Source of the DNA: Candidatus Asgardarchaeum abyssi
GTDB taxonomy: Archaea > Asgardarchaeota > Asgardarchaeia > Asgardarchaeales > Asgardarchaeaceae
Assembly: GCA_040225955.1 (NCBI GenBank)
Contig: JBECUL010000004.1
Location: 1 to 64,000 of the forward strand
DNA: 64,000 nt
Direction of reading: 5' to 3'
Below are positions 50,900 to 60,164 of this stretch, one piece after another. Within the stretch, counting starts at the first letter, position 1. Each line of letters begins with the position of its first letter. Position numbers and translations under genes: made by a program. The notes beneath the pieces are model-generated. The model searched no databases. It was not told the origin of the DNA and saw only the letters and a program-made list of their open reading frames with translations.

Positions 50900-51889
50900 G
50901 TGATTATCATGGAGAAAACTTCATTTGAGCTCGTACCAACCGCACCATATGATTTTGATCTACAATGGAAATTTTATTCTTCTTCGAAAGAACCACAACC
51001 AGAAATTTATAAGAATGGTATCTGGAGACGGGCTTTTAAAATCGACGATAGATTAATTCCAGTGGCAGTTACCTCTACTGGTACGATAGAAAAACCAAGA
51101 TTGGAAATCAATGTATTCTCCAAACTCAATACAAAAGAAGAGAAATATATATTGAGTAAAATCACAGATATTTTTAGATTAAGAGATAATCTTAAAGCAT
51201 TGTATGACTTTATGGAACAAGATAAGATACTTCGTAGGGTAAAGAACAAACTTTACGGTTTGAGACCGCCAGGAATAGGAGCGAATATATTTGAGGGAGC
51301 GATCAGAGTAATAATCCAGCAACAGATTTCTTTACAGGTTGCATATGTCATGACAGGGGCATTAGTCAAAAGATTTGGAGAGAGAGTAAAAATTAACGGT
51401 GAGTTGTATTACGATTTTCCTTCACCACAAGTATTAGCAAACGCTGATGAAAATGAATTGAGGATGTGTAAATTATCTCGCCAGAAATCTAAATACATCA
51501 AAGAACTCGCATTGAAGGTTGTCAATGGATACGATTTGGAAAAAATTAAAAGATTGAATAATGAGGAAGCAATCGATGAGTTGATGAAGTTTAAGGGAAT
51601 TGGAAGGTGGACGGCCGAGTTGATATTGATAACAACATTGGGGAGAATGGATCTCTGTGTTCCTGACGATCTCGGAGCCAGAAAAGCGGTTTCATATTTC
51701 TATTTTGACAGAAAACTTCAATCTGGGGATGAGGTTAGAAGGTTCACGAAAAGATGGGGCAAATTCAAAGGATGGATAATTTATTATTTAATATGTGCTT
51801 ATAATATGGAAAACAAGAAGAAGAGGTGTAAAATGGAAAAACAAGAACTATACGATAAGGAACCAGTTTGGGCGAGTGGTGCCAAGTGA
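50900..51889 (+). CDS. alkA: DNA-3-methyladenine glycosylase II (AlkA family)
   Basis: IIQQQIS, FPSP, HhH KGIGRWTAE, PDDLG. Confidence 0.9.
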   Translation: MIIMEKTSFELVPTAPYDFDLQWKFYSSSKEPQPEIYKNGIWRRAFKIDDRLIPVAVTSTGTIEKPRLEINVFSKLNTKEEKYILSKITDIFRLRDNLKALYDFMEQDKILRRVKNKLYGLRPPGIGANIFEGAIRVIIQQQISLQVAYVMTGALVKRFGERVKINGELYYDFPSPQVLANADENELRMCKLSRQKSKYIKELALKVVNGYDLEKIKRLNNEEAIDELMKFKGIGRWTAELILITTLGRMDLCVPDDLGARKAVSYFYFDRKLQSGDEVRRFTKRWGKFKGWIIYYLICAYNMENKKKRCKMEKQELYDKEPVWASGAK

Positions 51890-51894
51890 TAAGT

Positions 51895-52539
51895 ATGGGC
51901 ACAAAACTTCAAAAAATAGTGGAAATTCTATCAAAGAAATACGAAATCAACGAGTGGTGGGGAGAATATACTCCATTTGAAATATTGGTCAGCATAATCT
52001 TGTCTCAGCGAACTTACTGGAAAAATGTTAAAATCGCAACCGAAAGGTTTAGCAAGAAATTTGATTGTGTTGAAGATGTTGCAAATGCAAGCGTGAAAGA
52101 AATTGAGGAAGTTATTAAACCGGCGGGTTTATATCGGGTTAGAGCTCGAATAATTAAAAATATCGCCAAAGATTTGGTTGAAAAATATGATGGGAAGCTG
52201 GATAAAATATTGGTTCTTCCATATAATGAGGCTAAGAAAAAACTGATTTCAATAAAAGGTATTGGACCAAAAACCGCGGATGTCTTTTTAATGGCGATTA
52301 GAGGAGAACAAGTTTTACCTGTCGATGTTCACATTTTCAGAATAATGAAAAGGCTAGGAATAGCCGATGAAAGAGATAATTATGATAGTTTGAAAGCAAA
52401 ACTTGAAGCAGATATACCGCCAAATCAGAGGACAGAAATCCATTTAATATTAATAGAATTTGGGAGGCAGATTTGTAGAGCACAAAATCCAAAATGTGAA
52501 GAATGTCCGATTAAAAAATATTGTAAGGTGCAAGGTTAA
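51895..52539 (+). CDS. nth: Endonuclease III (HhH-GPD, [4Fe-4S])
   Basis: ILSQRT, KGIGPKTAD, PVDVH, C..6..C..C.5.C (CRAQNPKCEECPIKKYC). Start set at ATG 51895. Confidence 0.9.
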   Translation: MGTKLQKIVEILSKKYEINEWWGEYTPFEILVSIILSQRTYWKNVKIATERFSKKFDCVEDVANASVKEIEEVIKPAGLYRVRARIIKNIAKDLVEKYDGKLDKILVLPYNEAKKKLISIKGIGPKTADVFLMAIRGEQVLPVDVHIFRIMKRLGIADERDNYDSLKAKLEADIPPNQRTEIHLILIEFGRQICRAQNPKCEECPIKKYCKVQG

Positions 52540-52560
52540 AAATGCTTTCGTCGTACCAAA

Positions 52561-52654
52561 CATATAAAAATTCGCGAGCCCTCGAAAACTCAAAATTTCT
52601 CTGAAAGAAATTTTGCCCTTCGAGACGCCTTTTGAAACTGTTACGGTTTATATG
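52561..52654. repeat. Long imperfect inverted repeat (hairpin) downstream of nth
   Basis: Nested arms CATATAAA/TTTATATG, CTCGAA/TTCGAG and CAAAATTTCT/AGAAATTTTG around a 5-nt loop. Confidence 0.6.
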
Positions 52655-52804
52655 GATTTATATACTTGTTCGGCTCCTTCAATAAGTTAACAGAACTTGT
52701 TTTAAAGTAATGACTACATATGTTAGCGATGAAACAACTTCAAGATACTGAAAATATATTTTGAAATATATGTGGTAATGAGTAAGTTAATCGGGTGTTC
52801 ATGA

Positions 52805-53953
52805 ATGAAGAGTTACAAATTCTACATAACGACAACAACAGGAATTGAGGACATAACTAAGGAGGAAATAGAGAATCTCGGAGGAAGGGTTACTGAAATA
52901 GCTCGAGGGAGAATAAGTCTGGAGGCCGATCTTGATTTTATTTTCAGAGCGAATTACTTGATGCGAACTGGGCATAAAGTAATTCTTGTACTAATCGAGG
53001 AGGAAAATATTAAGACTTTGGATGATGCATATAACCTTGTAAGAAGCTTCGATTTCAGCGAATACATAGGTAAGGATCAAAGCTTTGCTGTCAAATTTGA
53101 TAGAGTTGGTGAACACGATTTTACAAGCGTTGACTTGAGTGCGAGAGTAGGTAGCGCAATAATCGCATCGTACAAAAGTTCTACTGGTCATAGACTTAAG
53201 GTTAACCTTAAAAATCCAGATGTGGAGTTTGAAGGAAAGCTGATCAATGATAAATTTATTCTTGGTATAAATACATCTGGCGAGTCTCTACATAAAAGAA
53301 GATATAGAGTTTCTCAGCACATCGCTCCACTAAAACCCACAATAGCCTACACGTTAGTAAAAATAAGTAATTGGACAGATAAAACAGATAAGGTATTGGT
53401 AGACCCTATGTGTGGCTCAGGTACAATATTAATTGAAGCTGCACTGTTCTTAAAAAATATACCGCCAGGATATTTCAGGTCTGATTATTCATTAAAGAGA
53501 CTTATATTCTATGACGAAGATAGGTTTTTCAAACTGAAGGAGAAATATGACGAGAAAATAAAATGGGACGCAACAGCACCATTGTATGGAATAGAAATTG
53601 ATAAGAAATTCTTTAACGGAGCTATTGAGAATGCAAAATCCGCTAAGGTTTCTGATACAATAACATTCATTTTAGGAGATGGAACAAAAATGGATGAGCT
53701 TTTACCCGTAGAACCTAACATAGTGGTAGTAAACCCACCCTATGGAAGAAGGCTAGGACGAAAATGCGGCGTTGAAGGATTATATGAGAAATTTGTGGAT
53801 AAATTGTCAAAAAATAGTAGTATTGAAAAAATAGTTATAATGACTGCTAATAAAAAGATGGAGATATTAGCAAAGAAGTACTTTAAACTTGAAGAGAAAA
53901 GAGTTATACTCTATGGAACTCTTTCAACACTTATATACACATTTTCGAGATAA
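52805..53953 (+). CDS. trm14: THUMP-domain tRNA (guanine-N2) methyltransferase, Trm14/RlmL family
   Basis: SFAV..R.GEHDFTS THUMP domain, GESLHKRRYR, DPMCGSGT, NPPYG. Confidence 0.85.
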   Translation: MKSYKFYITTTTGIEDITKEEIENLGGRVTEIARGRISLEADLDFIFRANYLMRTGHKVILVLIEEENIKTLDDAYNLVRSFDFSEYIGKDQSFAVKFDRVGEHDFTSVDLSARVGSAIIASYKSSTGHRLKVNLKNPDVEFEGKLINDKFILGINTSGESLHKRRYRVSQHIAPLKPTIAYTLVKISNWTDKTDKVLVDPMCGSGTILIEAALFLKNIPPGYFRSDYSLKRLIFYDEDRFFKLKEKYDEKIKWDATAPLYGIEIDKKFFNGAIENAKSAKVSDTITFILGDGTKMDELLPVEPNIVVVNPPYGRRLGRKCGVEGLYEKFVDKLSKNSSIEKIVIMTANKKMEILAKKYFKLEEKRVILYGTLSTLIYTFSR

Positions 53954-54074
53954 CTTAAAAATCATAAGAATTAACAACCTCAATTCCTATTTCGGATAAT
54001 TCTTGAAGTTTATTCTATTAAGAATAAAAAGATAATTGCTATCTAGCTAAAATCAGCTCATTTCGGAATGCTTT

Positions 54075-55739
54075 TTAACAACTTTTCAAAAGAGAATATA
54101 TTACTTCAACTACACGATCTGTCGCCATACCATCTAATTTATAAACGTGATTATAAAGGAATTGTTTCCTTTTCTTGGCTAGCTCCTTCTGAATTTTTTC
54201 GTCAAATAGAGCCTTTTGCAGTGTTGGAAGTAAGTCATCGGATTTATAAACACCCAACGCAGCTCCTTCTTTGACCCAAGGAAGAATCTCTGGTAAATTG
54301 AATAGGTTTACCACTACGACTGGTTTATCTAATATCATAGCCTCTAAGATGGTAGTTGAAGTTAAGGAAATATACAAGTCACAAACAAATAACGCTTCAT
54401 ACGTATCTGATTTTGGTGGTAGTACAGTAGCATTGCATTTGAGTTCTTTTAGTCTTTGCAAGTGCCACTCTGAATTTTCTCTCGGATGAGGTTTTATCAC
54501 TATCTGTATATTGGGTATTTTCTTTAATGCGAGTAATACATTGTCAAAGAATTGAATCCTAACGTCTTCTAAGGGAAAGGGTTGAGTTCCTATTAAAACA
54601 ATTTTCTTTTTTACATCTAAATTGTATCTCTTACAGAATTCTGTTCTGTCATAAATTTCATTGGAAAATTTTAAAATGTCATATCTAGACGCTCCAGTTA
54701 CAACGACAGATGATTTAGGATATGCACTAACTTCAGTAAGTAGCCACTTATAATAAGGACCATACACAGCAGTTTTTGTTGGAATTGGAACGTATTCAGA
54801 AGAGAGAGCTTCGCTTTCGGAAATCTCATCCTTTAAATACATATACCCTGGGTGATATTTACTAATTACTCCATGTTGTAGTGCAAGAGTTGGTATTCCC
54901 ATAAGGCGTGATGTAAAAACTAACGACCTTTCAAATCCACCATACTCATTAGTTAACATAACAAGATCTGGTCTCTTGTCTTCTAGAATTTTTAGAGAGA
55001 GTTCATAATAAAGTGCCATTATTGGAAGGAACATCTTGTAGTAATACTCAAAATAATCTCTAAAAGCTTTAAGAACATCAACATTACGATATACAAGCTT
55101 ATTCTTTGCAACTTTATTCTTACTTAATAATCTCCAAGTTCTAATAAAATGCCTTCTTGCTTTAATAACTCTAATAAAGATATCCCACGAAAAATACCAT
55201 TCTAATGGTTTAAATTCGCCTAGGGAGTGTCTATTACGTATTTCAATAGCGGTTTTAAGATATCTAAAGAATCTTAGTCCAAAAGAAGTAGTTGAGTAGA
55301 GTTGCAAATCAGAATTTACTTTACGTAATTTCCTTATGATAGAGTCAAACATTAAGTTTCCTCTACGAGTCTTCTTAGTCCGTGGGTCGTATAAGTCTCG
55401 CCATATGCCGAATTGAGAAGTGTAAAGTATTTTTCTCCTTCGCTTCTTGCTTTTAGTCTTTGGAAAAAGTAATCTTGATATGAAAGCAACGAATGGAATA
55501 TATAAAAAGAAGTATAGTAGACTTTTTATTCTTGCAGAAATTAAAATTTTAGTAGAAATCCTACGATATGGCTTATTAGTTTTAAAAAACTTAAGTAGAT
55601 CATAATAAAGCCTGATGTAAAGGATCCACCATAAAGCAAAACCTCGGTACTTTGTGGTTTCGAGTAAAGTTTTATCATGGATGACTTTTCTATTTCTAAT
55701 TTCATGTACCCAATGTAATAGTTTATCCATTAAAGACAC
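54075..55739 (-). CDS. GT-B protein, CDP-glycerol glycerophosphotransferase/capsule-type; probable CMP-nonulosonate transferase
   Basis: LQHG, TGASRYD, KPHPRE, STTILEA, DG.ATDRV; divergent from neuA. Confidence 0.6.
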   Translation of the reverse strand: MSLMDKLLHWVHEIRNRKVIHDKTLLETTKYRGFALWWILYIRLYYDLLKFFKTNKPYRRISTKILISARIKSLLYFFLYIPFVAFISRLLFPKTKSKKRRRKILYTSQFGIWRDLYDPRTKKTRRGNLMFDSIIRKLRKVNSDLQLYSTTSFGLRFFRYLKTAIEIRNRHSLGEFKPLEWYFSWDIFIRVIKARRHFIRTWRLLSKNKVAKNKLVYRNVDVLKAFRDYFEYYYKMFLPIMALYYELSLKILEDKRPDLVMLTNEYGGFERSLVFTSRLMGIPTLALQHGVISKYHPGYMYLKDEISESEALSSEYVPIPTKTAVYGPYYKWLLTEVSAYPKSSVVVTGASRYDILKFSNEIYDRTEFCKRYNLDVKKKIVLIGTQPFPLEDVRIQFFDNVLLALKKIPNIQIVIKPHPRENSEWHLQRLKELKCNATVLPPKSDTYEALFVCDLYISLTSTTILEAMILDKPVVVVNLFNLPEILPWVKEGAALGVYKSDDLLPTLQKALFDEKIQKELAKKRKQFLYNHVYKLDGMATDRVVEVIYSLLKSC

Positions 55740-55929
55740 CTATGTGTGACTAAGAGACATTATAATTTGATTTAAAAAGGCTTTTTATAAAATTTACTAA
55801 ATAGTTCTTTATCATAACAATGATGCATGATTCGACAAATAGGCAACACTTAATTTTAAAGAAAAATTCATTAGTATAGTGATTTTGTAGATTTTATAAG
55901 GACTCATAAATTAAGGTGGTTCAACGCAG

Positions 55930-56628
55930 ATGGATATATTAGCTGTTATCCCTGCACGTGGTGGTTCTAAAGGAGTCCCAAGGAAAAACATTAGATTGTT
56001 AGTGGGTAAACCTCTGATAGCTTATTCTATAGAAGCCGCTAGAGGATCAAAGTATGTATCAAGGTTGATTATCTCTACTGAGGATGAGGAAATTGAAAGA
56101 ATTTCAAAAAATTTGGGTGCTGAAGTAATAAGTCGCCCTCAGGAACTGGCCAAAGATAATGTACCAACGGTGGATGTTGTTTTACACGTTCTGGATGTTC
56201 TTCGAGAAAGAGAAAAATATATTCCAGATGTTGTAATAGCTCTGCATCCTACATCCCCTCTTAGAACGAGTATGGATATAGATGGTGCAGTTGAAAAATT
56301 TTTGAACTGTCAAGATTGTTTATCTTTAATCAGTGTTACAGAATTTGAGAAACCACCTTTTTGGGCACTAAAAATTGAAAATGGATATATATCGCCTGTA
56401 TTTGGTGAAAAATATTTTAAAATGATGAGACAAGAACTACCAAAAACCTATAAGCCAAATGGAGCCATATTTATGGCAACTCCAAAAGTCTTATATCGCT
56501 ACAGAACATTTTATACCCCAAAAACCTTAGCATATATAATGCCTCCAGAAAGAAGCGTGGACATAGATACCGAATTTGATTTTATATTGGCTGAGTATAT
56601 ACTTAGTAAGGGAAATAAACAGAAATGA
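55930..56628 (+). CDS. neuA: Acylneuraminate (nonulosonate) cytidylyltransferase
   Basis: IPARGGSKGVPRKN, STED, PTSPLR, NGAI, DIDT..D. Confidence 0.93.
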   Translation: MDILAVIPARGGSKGVPRKNIRLLVGKPLIAYSIEAARGSKYVSRLIISTEDEEIERISKNLGAEVISRPQELAKDNVPTVDVVLHVLDVLREREKYIPDVVIALHPTSPLRTSMDIDGAVEKFLNCQDCLSLISVTEFEKPPFWALKIENGYISPVFGEKYFKMMRQELPKTYKPNGAIFMATPKVLYRYRTFYTPKTLAYIMPPERSVDIDTEFDFILAEYILSKGNKQK

Positions 56629-56656
56629 TCTTAATTAAGTTTATGAGGTAAAAGAA

Positions 56657-57556
56657 ATGGAGAACATATCAGTCGTGAGTGTTGTTCATCCATCATCTAT
56701 AAAATTCCTCGATAGCTATTTAAATTCTATGATGAAACAAACTTTTAGCGATTTTAAACTAATTTTATTTGGCCATGGTGTTAATAAGGATGATATATCT
56801 TCAAAATTAGATAGATATGACACCTTAGATGTGATTTTCAAACAAGTTAGAAAAGACTTGACAATACCAAAAGTTAGAGAATTTATTACGGAATATATTA
56901 AAAAAACCGACAGTGACATCTGTATCTTTACAGATAGTGATGATTTTGTTGACGAAAACTTTGTTAAACTGTTATCAGAAGAACTTATAAAAGGAGGATA
57001 TAAAGTAGTTTTCTCAGATGTCACCCTTTATTATGAAAAAACTAAAAGAGTAATTTACAATTATTTTTCAGGACTGATTCCAGATGAGGTTGATTTAAAA
57101 TTTATACTTGAAAAAAATTGTTTAGGTTTTGGGAATACGGGAATATCTTTGGATATAATTGATGAGAATATCTCATTTCCAGATGATATAATTGCTGTAG
57201 ATTGGTGGTTTTTTACAAGAATATTATATAAAGGACTTACAGCAAAATTTGTTCCTCGAACCTTTATTTATTATAGATTATATGAGGATAATATAGCGGG
57301 CTTTTCAAATTTAAATAAAGAAAGAATAATTCATGGAGCAAATGTGAAGAGAATACATTATAAAAATCTACTTGATTTGGGGCAACAATTTATAATATTG
57401 TATGAGGAATATAATTGCTTATACAAGAAACTTGAAAGTGATAAAAGCTTTGAGAAACGATATGTAAATTATATTTTAAACAAATACAAACAGTCAAGAT
57501 ATCTGTGGTGGGAACCAATAGAAAGAGTTAGGTGGCTAGAATGTCAAGAGAAGTAA
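56657..57556 (+). CDS. GT2-like (GT-A fold) protein
   Basis: S..KQTFSDF, FTDSDDF (DxD), DWWF, YYR. Confidence 0.7.
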   Translation: MENISVVSVVHPSSIKFLDSYLNSMMKQTFSDFKLILFGHGVNKDDISSKLDRYDTLDVIFKQVRKDLTIPKVREFITEYIKKTDSDICIFTDSDDFVDENFVKLLSEELIKGGYKVVFSDVTLYYEKTKRVIYNYFSGLIPDEVDLKFILEKNCLGFGNTGISLDIIDENISFPDDIIAVDWWFFTRILYKGLTAKFVPRTFIYYRLYEDNIAGFSNLNKERIIHGANVKRIHYKNLLDLGQQFIILYEEYNCLYKKLESDKSFEKRYVNYILNKYKQSRYLWWEPIERVRWLECQEK

Positions 57557-58602
57557 AAATTGGAAATTATGTTGTGAAAAATTTCAGCGAGCCTTTTATA
57601 GTTGCGGAAATTGGGGCTAATCATAATGGTGATATAAATCTTGCAAAGAAACTGATTAAACTGGCTAAAGATGCAGGAGCCCATGCTGTTAAATTTCAGG
57701 AATGGACTAAGGAAACTTTATTCTCCTCAATCATATACAAGAATAATAAGGAGCTGGAAAGGGAATTGGATGAATGGAGCTTAAGTTATGATGATTTAGA
57801 GCTCCTCAAAAAATATAGTGATGAGATTGGTATTCTATTTGGGTGCACAGCAACAACAAAAAAGGGTGTTGACTTCTTAGTTGATGAGTTGGATGTTGCA
57901 TATTTAAAAGTAGCATCTCAGGATGTTAATAATTATCCTTTGTTAAAACATATGGCAAAAAGCCAAAAACCTATAATCCTTTCTACCGGTATGGCAACAT
58001 TGGGTGAGATAGATAGCGCTGTAAAAATATTTGAAGAAAACAATAACCATAATCTAATACTTCTCCACTGCGTATCCCTTTATCCGCCTGTAGAAGAAGA
58101 AGTCAATCTGTTAAATATCGATTTGTTGATGTCCCTTTATGAATACCCTATAGGGTATTCGGATCATACAATTGGCATATCTATTCCTCTAGCTAGTGTA
58201 GCAAGAGGCGTAGCATTGATAGAGAAACATTTTACGATCGATAAAAATATGGTTGGCTGGGATCATAAAGTCTCAGCAGATGTGGAAGATATGAAGATAT
58301 TGGTATATGAATCAAAAAGGATAGCGCGTGCATTAGGACACTATAGAAGAACATTATCAAAAAGAGAAATTGAGCAGAGAATGAAGATGAGGAGAAGCAT
58401 TGTGGCAGTTACGGATATTCCTCAAGGTAAAATAATAGAAGAGAAAGACATAGGGCTAAAAAGACCAGGTACTGGCTTAAGTCCTAAGTTTTGGGATATC
58501 GTAGTTGGGAGTAGAGCTAAAAGAGATATTAGAAAAGATGAATTAATTTCTATTAGTGATATAGATATCATTAAGCCTAAGGATTATAAATTGGAGGAAT
58601 AA
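57532..58602 (+). CDS. neuB: N-acetylneuraminate/nonulosonate synthase with C-terminal SAF domain
   Basis: AEIGANHNGD, AVKFQ, STGMA, LHCVSLYP, GYSDHT, IEKHFT, RRS, KRPGTG. Confidence 0.94.
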   Translation: MARMSREVKIGNYVVKNFSEPFIVAEIGANHNGDINLAKKLIKLAKDAGAHAVKFQEWTKETLFSSIIYKNNKELERELDEWSLSYDDLELLKKYSDEIGILFGCTATTKKGVDFLVDELDVAYLKVASQDVNNYPLLKHMAKSQKPIILSTGMATLGEIDSAVKIFEENNNHNLILLHCVSLYPPVEEEVNLLNIDLLMSLYEYPIGYSDHTIGISIPLASVARGVALIEKHFTIDKNMVGWDHKVSADVEDMKILVYESKRIARALGHYRRTLSKREIEQRMKMRRSIVAVTDIPQGKIIEEKDIGLKRPGTGLSPKFWDIVVGSRAKRDIRKDELISISDIDIIKPKDYKLEE

Positions 58603-58603
58603 T

Positions 58604-59053
58604 ATGAGCCGTTTTAAAAAATGGGAATATCCCAAAATAGAGCACGGAAAGCTGACAAAATGGAATTGGATGGTTCAATATCCTGATGGCCTTAAGCTTG
58701 GAAAGTATACGGACATAGGCGCATTCACATATATAAATGCAAAATACGGGGTAATTATAGAAGACTACGTTCAGATAGGTTCTCATTGCTCTATATATTC
58801 TGAATCAACAATAGACAATAAAAAAGGACAGATCATAATCAAAAGAAATGCACGAATTGGGAGTCATAGCGTGATAATGCCCGGAGTGACAATAGGAGAG
58901 AATGCGATTGTTGGTGCCTTTAGTTTCGTTAATAAAGACGTCCCTGATAATACAGTTGCATTTGGAATTCCTATTAAAATTGTTAGAAAGTTGACAGAGG
59001 AGGAAATTAAAAGATTATTGAAGGAGATTGAAGATGAAAATTCCTCTGTTTAA
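58604..59053 (+). CDS. Hexapeptide-repeat (left-handed beta-helix) acyltransferase
   Basis: IGSHSVIMPGVTIGENAIVGAFSFVNKDVP..GIP. Confidence 0.9.
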   Translation: MSRFKKWEYPKIEHGKLTKWNWMVQYPDGLKLGKYTDIGAFTYINAKYGVIIEDYVQIGSHCSIYSESTIDNKKGQIIIKRNARIGSHSVIMPGVTIGENAIVGAFSFVNKDVPDNTVAFGIPIKIVRKLTEEEIKRLLKEIEDENSSV

Positions 59054-60164
59054 AATTTATTGGGATGAAGAGGACATAAAGGCAGTCGAAGAGATAATTC
59101 GTTCTAGTATGAACTGGTGCGTAGGACGCCAAATAGAAGAGTTTGAAAATATGCTAAGGGATTATTTAGGTGTAAAATATTGCTTAACATTCAACTCAGG
59201 AGGCTCTGCGCTTTATGCCTTAATGCTAGCATACAAATTCAAGCCAGGAGATGAAATAATAGTTCCCTCATTTACATTTATAGCCACCGCATATGCCCCT
59301 TTATATGTGGGAGCTAAACCTATTTTTGCCGATGTTGAGTTTGAAACCTTTGGTTTGGACCCGGAGGACGTTAAAGAAAGAATATCGCCAAAGACAAAAG
59401 CAATAATGCCTATTCACTATGGCGGTATGCCGTGTAAAATTGAAGAACTTAAAGAGGTTGCAGAAGATTATAATTTAATATTAATTGAAGATGCTGCAGA
59501 ATCGTTTGGAGCTAAGTTTAAGGGGAGATATGTAGGAACCTTTGGCGACTCTGCAATATTTAGCTTTTGTCACAATAAAGTTTTTACAACAAGCGAGGGT
59601 GGGTGCGTAGTAACAGATAACAAAGAGATATATGAAAGACTTAAACTAATAAGATCTTATGGAAGGATCGTAAAAGGCGATTACTTCGTAAATCCCGAGT
59701 ATTTAGATTATGTTGAAATCGGTTATAATTTTAGAATGTCCACAATATTAGCAGTATTGGGAATTTCTCAGTTGAAGAAAGTTAATAAAACAATAGCTAT
59801 GAGAAAGAAAAATGCTGAATTTCTTAATAAAGAACTAGGAAAAATCGATGATATCGTAGTTCCTGAACCCCCTTCTGAAGATTATTATGTGGTTTATCAG
59901 ATGTATACTATTAGAGTATTAAGAGGAAAAGAAGTTAGAGATAAGTTAATGAGATTTCTTAAGGATAAAGAAATTACAACTAGAATATATTTTGATCCTC
60001 TCCATAAATATTCGATATTTAAGAAGCTTGGCTATGAACATATCAAATTGCCTAATACGGAAAAACTTTCCTCTCAAGTCTTAACTTTACCTATGTATCC
60101 TAGTATGACAAAGGAAGAGCTCGAGTACATAATTAGTAGCATCAAAGAATTTTTCGAGAAGTGA
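59028..60164 (+). CDS. DegT/DnrJ/EryC1/StrS PLP-dependent sugar aminotransferase
   Basis: NSG, PSFTFIAT, IEDAAES, FSF..NK..TTSEGG, GYNFRM, LPMYP. Confidence 0.94.
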   Translation: MKMKIPLFKIYWDEEDIKAVEEIIRSSMNWCVGRQIEEFENMLRDYLGVKYCLTFNSGGSALYALMLAYKFKPGDEIIVPSFTFIATAYAPLYVGAKPIFADVEFETFGLDPEDVKERISPKTKAIMPIHYGGMPCKIEELKEVAEDYNLILIEDAAESFGAKFKGRYVGTFGDSAIFSFCHNKVFTTSEGGCVVTDNKEIYERLKLIRSYGRIVKGDYFVNPEYLDYVEIGYNFRMSTILAVLGISQLKKVNKTIAMRKKNAEFLNKELGKIDDIVVPEPPSEDYYVVYQMYTIRVLRGKEVRDKLMRFLKDKEITTRIYFDPLHKYSIFKKLGYEHIKLPNTEKLSSQVLTLPMYPSMTKEELEYIISSIKEFFEK

